Origin: Escherichia coli
GTDB taxonomy: Bacteria; Pseudomonadota; Gammaproteobacteria; Enterobacterales; Enterobacteriaceae
DNA length: 1,647 nt
NCBI RefSeq assembly: GCF_003334765.1
Contig: NZ_QOWT01000077.1
Direction: 5' to 3' (one strand)
Shown: in pieces, positions 1 to 1,647 of the stretch
Numbering within the stretch: the first letter of the stretch is position 1
Layout: every line of letters begins with the position of its first letter
Program-made: the position numbers and the translations under genes
The notes under the pieces: generated by a model
Seen by the model: the letters and a program-made list of their open reading frames with translations, nothing else
Database searches by the model: none
Told to the model about the DNA's origin: nothing

Positions 1-77
1 ACCAACCGCATGGCTGCCTGTTCCGTGCAAATGGGCTTTGCAGGGGGCTGGCGCGGTTCCTGGCGACCTGAAAGCCC
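1..77. repeat. Terminal direct repeat, copy 1 (identical to 1571-1647); circular-closure overlap
   Basis: Base-by-base identity of 1-77 with 1571-1647 (77/77). The repeat sits exactly at both window ends, the signature of a circular molecule written linearly with a k-mer overlap. Implied unit length is 1570 bp. Confidence 0.9.
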
Positions 78-264
78 CTGGTTAGGGGTATCGGCGCGCT
101 TGACCTCCTGAGAGCCTCTGTAAGCGTTTTTCGCGCCTTCCATGCCCTGGCGGGCATCTAAAACCCGTTTCGTGCGTCTGAGAGCTTTTGAGCGCGTTTG
201 AGGGGCTATCTGGCGACTCATCCCCAAAAGAACAACACCGGGATCACCGACAACATGCGAGAGG

Positions 265-328
265 TGATCCCGCTCGCCGCAAGTCGATGACCGAGCGTAG
301 CGAGCGAATCGACGAGGAAGCGGAAGAG
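265..328 (-). other. ColE1/pMB1-like block downstream of bom (candidate single-strand initiation / primosome-assembly-like site)
   Basis: The minus strand reads CTCTTCCGCTTCCTCG ... CTCGCTACGCTCGGTC ... GCGGCGAGCGGGATCA. From memory this resembles pBR322/pUC sequence between bom and ori (CTCTTCCGCTTCCTCGCTCACTGACTCGCTGCGCTCGGTCGTTCGGCTGCGGCGAGCGGTATCA), with a 16-bp identical run and roughly 80-85% identity over about 60 bp. It contains a CGCTCG/CGAGCG stem. The functional label is inference. Confidence 0.5.
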
Positions 329-364
329 AACCGGAAGCCACATTGAGCACTTACGCACTGATGC

Positions 365-389
365 GGGGTGTCGGGGTGAAGCCCTGACC
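365..389. repeat. Left arm of 25-bp inverted repeat (inverted partial copy of the bom arm)
   Basis: GGGGTGTCGGGGTGAAGCCCTGACC is the reverse complement of 613-637 at 24 of 25 positions (mismatch at 377/625). The two arms are separated by 223 bp. Confidence 0.9.
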
Positions 390-394
390 AAGTG

Positions 395-432
395 GTAATC
401 GTATCGGCGTGCATGCGCGGTTATACGATTAC
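395..432. repeat. Hairpin-forming inverted repeat (10-bp perfect stems GTAATCGTAT / ATACGATTAC, 18-nt loop containing GCATGC)
   Basis: 395-404 is the exact reverse complement of 423-432. It lies between the left IR arm and the tandem repeats. Confidence 0.8.
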
Positions 433-539
433 ACATCCTGTCCCGATTTCTGAGGCGTTTTAACGGTGAACGGACGGCAAAAACACGATGGAGCTGTTGA
501 ACGTGAAAACCACGAAATCTGGCAAAAATCACGGCTGGC

Positions 540-581
540 GAGGCTTGCATAGGAGTAAGCGAGGCTTGCATAGGAGTAAGC
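540..581. repeat. Perfect tandem direct repeat, 2 x 21 bp (GAGGCTTGCATAGGAGTAAGC)
   Basis: 540-560 and 561-581 are identical. On the minus strand the repeat begins exactly at the predicted nick (GCTTACTCCTATGCAAGCCTC twice). Confidence 0.95.
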
Positions 582-640
582 CAGTATACACTCCGCTATC
601 GCTACGTGACTGGGTCAGGGCTTCGCCCCGACACCCCCAA
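577..640 (-). other. ColE1/pMB1-type oriT (bom) with predicted nick between 580 and 581 on the minus strand
   Basis: The minus strand reads GGGGGTGTCGGGGCGAAGCCCTGACCCAGTCACGTAGCGATAGCGGAGTGTATACTGGCTTA. From memory this matches the pBR322 bom region (GGGTGTCGGGGCGCAGCCATGACCCAGTCACGTAGCGATAGCGGAGTGTATACTGGCTTA) with only about 3 substitutions. The nick is placed by analogy to the CTGG/CTTA context. The pBR322 sequence is recalled, not aligned. Confidence 0.75.
613..637. repeat. Right arm of 25-bp inverted repeat (part of the bom/oriT)
   Basis: GGTCAGGGCTTCGCCCCGACACCCC pairs with 365-389. Confidence 0.9.
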
Positions 641-641
641 A

Positions 642-666
642 GGGCGTTGCGTTGCACGCAACACCC
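642..666. repeat. Hairpin (10-bp stem with one mismatch, loop TTGCA) flanking the oriT
   Basis: 642-651 GGGCGTTGCG pairs with 657-666 CGCAACACCC. The loop and right arm contain CACGCAACA (655-663), which recurs at 781-789 next to the rep promoter. Confidence 0.7.
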
Positions 667-675
667 TTGCCTAGA

Positions 676-731
676 ATAGATCTTTTACGCCGATTTGTAA
701 GTGGTTGTTTTTTTAGTGTGTTTTTTATTTA
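676..731. other. AT-rich tract, candidate DNA-unwinding element of the Rep-dependent origin
   Basis: A run dominated by A/T (TCTTTTACGCCGATTTGTAAGTGGTTGTTTTTTTAGTGTGTTTTTTATTT) between the oriT-like region and the palindromic repeats upstream of rep. The functional assignment is inference. Confidence 0.35.
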
Positions 732-781
732 CCTGTCGCATCCAGGATGAAACAACGTTGTCGCATCCTGGATGCGACAAC
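731..781. promoter_or_regulatory. Operator/iteron-like repeats: 25-bp perfect palindrome (757-781) plus degenerate upstream copy (734-755), each centred on a CCWGG site
   Basis: 757-781 GTTGTCGCATCCTGGATGCGACAAC has perfect 12-bp arms around a central T. 734-755 TGTCGCATCCAGGATGAAACAA repeats the left arm and core 25 bp upstream. Half-site TGTCGCATCC occurs at 734-743 and 759-768, and inverted at 771-780. It sits immediately upstream of the candidate rep promoter. Confidence 0.5.
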
Positions 782-794
782 ACGCAACAAGGTG

Positions 795-824
795 TTGCAC
801 AGATGTGTCATGATGGCTTAGATT
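795..824 (+). promoter_or_regulatory. Candidate sigma70 promoter for rep (-35 TTGCAC 795-800, 18-bp spacer, -10 TAGATT 819-824)
   Basis: Hexamers read directly from the sequence. The position between the palindromic operator-like repeats and the rep RBS fits an autoregulated rep promoter. Not experimentally anchored; alternative weak hexamers exist in the AT-rich tract. Confidence 0.35.
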
Positions 825-852
825 TGAACCAACGTTAGTGCATGGGATTTTC

Positions 853-858
853 AGAGGG
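853..858 (+). promoter_or_regulatory. Shine-Dalgarno sequence for the rep CDS
   Basis: AGAGGG lies 8 nt upstream of the ATG at 867. Confidence 0.6.
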
Positions 859-866
859 AAAAAATC

Positions 867-1343
867 ATGTTTATTGATTCAGAAAAACGACTGAAACAAC
901 TTTCAGATGAGGCAAAGAAAAACACCGAGGATCTCGAAGAAGCAAAGAAAAATTCAAGGTTTACACAGGTATCCCCAAAAGGTTGGGAACGTGTTCGAGA
1001 GCTGCTGAAGGATAGCCAAGGCATATCAGCACTGAAGCTGTACTCATTTTTAGCGGAGCATATCGATCCTACGTGTGGCGCTGTCGTTGCGGATCAGCAA
1101 TTCCTAGCTGAAAAACTTGGAGTTAGCAGAAGCACAATTATTCGGTGGCTCAATTACTTAGAATCAAAAAATGCATTAGTTAGAATCCCCGTTGCTGGTA
1201 AGGTTTGTGCGTATGCCCTCGATCCACATGAAGTCTGGAAGGGATACAACACTACGAAAAACCATGCAGCGTTTGTCACTAAAACACTGGTCAACAAAGA
1301 CGGTGATATTCAGCGCCGAATCATGGCCATGTTTTCAAATTGA
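867..1343 (+). CDS. Putative plasmid replication initiation protein (small winged-helix/HTH Rep), 158 aa
   Basis: ATG at 867 with a Shine-Dalgarno AGAGGG at 853-858 (8-nt spacer) and TGA stop at 1341-1343. It is the only long ORF without Arg/Pro/Trp-rich low-complexity composition. The C-terminal half has an HTH-like segment (QQFLAEKLGVSRSTIIRWLNYLESKNALVRIP) typical of winged-helix DNA-binding domains of plasmid initiators. It lies just downstream of an AT-rich tract and palindromic repeats. No HUH or catalytic-Tyr motifs, so not a rolling-circle Rep. The Rep assignment rests on context and motif, not on a homology search. Confidence 0.8.
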   Translation: MFIDSEKRLKQLSDEAKKNTEDLEEAKKNSRFTQVSPKGWERVRELLKDSQGISALKLYSFLAEHIDPTCGAVVADQQFLAEKLGVSRSTIIRWLNYLESKNALVRIPVAGKVCAYALDPHEVWKGYNTTKNHAAFVTKTLVNKDGDIQRRIMAMFSN

Positions 1344-1478
1344 GCTAGCGGCAGGCGGACAATCAGGGGCTACGTGTTAACGTTCTGACCATGATTGTCT
1401 ATCCTGCATTGCTCTTTTGCCGCCTCAAAATCCTTTGCGTGTTTTTGCTCCCCGTTCTCCAGAAAAAACCGAGCCGCC

Positions 1479-1532
1479 ACGGTTCCGGCAGCGCCTTGAG
1501 CGCTACCGGAAACCGTCTGGGGAGAACCCCAG
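1479..1532. repeat. Nested inverted repeats / hairpins in the GC-rich region
   Basis: ACGGTTCCGG (1479-1488) pairs with CCGGAAACCGT (1506-1516), enclosing AGCGC-CTTGA-GCGCT. A perfect hairpin CTGGGG-AGAA-CCCCAG follows at 1517-1532. No adjacent T-run, so these are not intrinsic terminators. Confidence 0.6.
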
Positions 1533-1570
1533 ACCCCCATCGCTGCAACACCGACGGTCTACGACCACCT

Positions 1571-1647
1571 ACCAACCGCATGGCTGCCTGTTCCGTGCAA
1601 ATGGGCTTTGCAGGGGGCTGGCGCGGTTCCTGGCGACCTGAAAGCCC
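1571..1647. repeat. Terminal direct repeat, copy 2 (identical to 1-77)
   Basis: Same 77-nt sequence as the window start. Most likely redundant sequence, not a biological repeat. Confidence 0.9.

Noticed and set aside
218-571. Minus-strand ORF of 117 aa from the six-frame track
   Set aside because: It starts inside the 21-bp tandem repeat (the N-terminus MQASLTPMQAS is just the repeat translated) and runs through the hairpin, the left IR arm and the ColE1-like cis block. Composition is Arg/His/Trp-rich and low-complexity, as expected from an open frame in GC-rich non-coding DNA. No RBS. Not impossible, but unsupported.
540-581. Possible CRISPR array
   Set aside because: Only two directly abutting 21-bp units with no spacers between them and no cas genes. 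This is a simple tandem duplication.
365-637. Insertion sequence or MITE bounded by 25-bp terminal inverted repeats
   Set aside because: The arms resemble the ColE1 bom arm and are not transposon termini. There is no transposase ORF and no flanking target-site duplication (flanks CA...AA / GAC...CAA differ). An oriT-associated duplication is the better explanation.
488-679. Plus-strand ORF of 63 aa
   Set aside because: It lies across the tandem repeats and the oriT/bom sequence (translating the repeat as GLHRSKRGLHRSK). No Shine-Dalgarno site. Most likely a chance ORF over cis-acting DNA.
867-1343. Rolling-circle replication initiator
   Set aside because: The translation lacks the HUH metal-binding motif and a plausible catalytic-tyrosine motif. 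The protein looks like a compact winged-helix DNA-binding initiator or regulator.
1192-1380. Plus-strand ORF of 62 aa with a TTG start, overlapping the 3' end of rep in another frame
   Set aside because: It is embedded out of frame within the well-supported rep CDS, has an alternative start codon and no RBS. Typical shadow ORF.
1344-1400. Intrinsic terminator downstream of rep
   Set aside because: No GC-rich stem followed by a T-run was found immediately after the TGA at 1341-1343. Termination may be Rho-dependent or further downstream.
1344-1570. Complete ColE1-type RNA I / RNA II origin in the GC-rich region
   Set aside because: I could not recognise RNA I/RNA II-like sequence beyond the bom-adjacent block. 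The roughly 490 bp available is shorter than a typical ColE1 RNA II region, and a Rep protein is encoded. It remains a formal possibility that only alignment can settle.
1417-1641. Plus-strand ORF of 74 aa with a TTG start in the GC-rich region
   Set aside because: Pro/Arg-rich low-complexity translation, TTG start, no RBS. It competes with the junction-spanning frames and is likely spurious.

Overview
The window appears to be one complete small circular replicon written out linearly: positions 1-77 are identical to 1571-1647, so the unit is 1570 bp. It has one convincing gene, a 158-aa winged-helix/HTH protein (867-1343, +) that is most plausibly the plasmid replication initiator. Upstream of it lie a Shine-Dalgarno site, an AT-rich tract and a 25-bp perfect palindrome with a degenerate second copy (operator- or iteron-like). 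On the minus strand there is a ColE1/pMB1-type bom/oriT with the canonical nick context, followed by a second block resembling the pBR322 region between bom and ori. Both similarities are recalled from memory of pBR322 and not aligned. No relaxase, resistance, toxin or defence gene is present, so the element would be mobilisable only in trans. Unusual points are a perfect 21-bp tandem duplication beginning at the predicted nick, an inverted partial copy of the bom arm 223 bp away, an AT-rich rep module joined to a GC-rich ColE1-like module, and two candidate ORFs that span the circular junction and are truncated in the linear ORF track. The size and layout are reminiscent of ~1.5-kb cryptic enterobacterial Rep plasmids (pKL1 / Col(MG828)-like), but that is unverified recollection. 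I see no support for a novel multi-gene system; this is a minimal cryptic plasmid.
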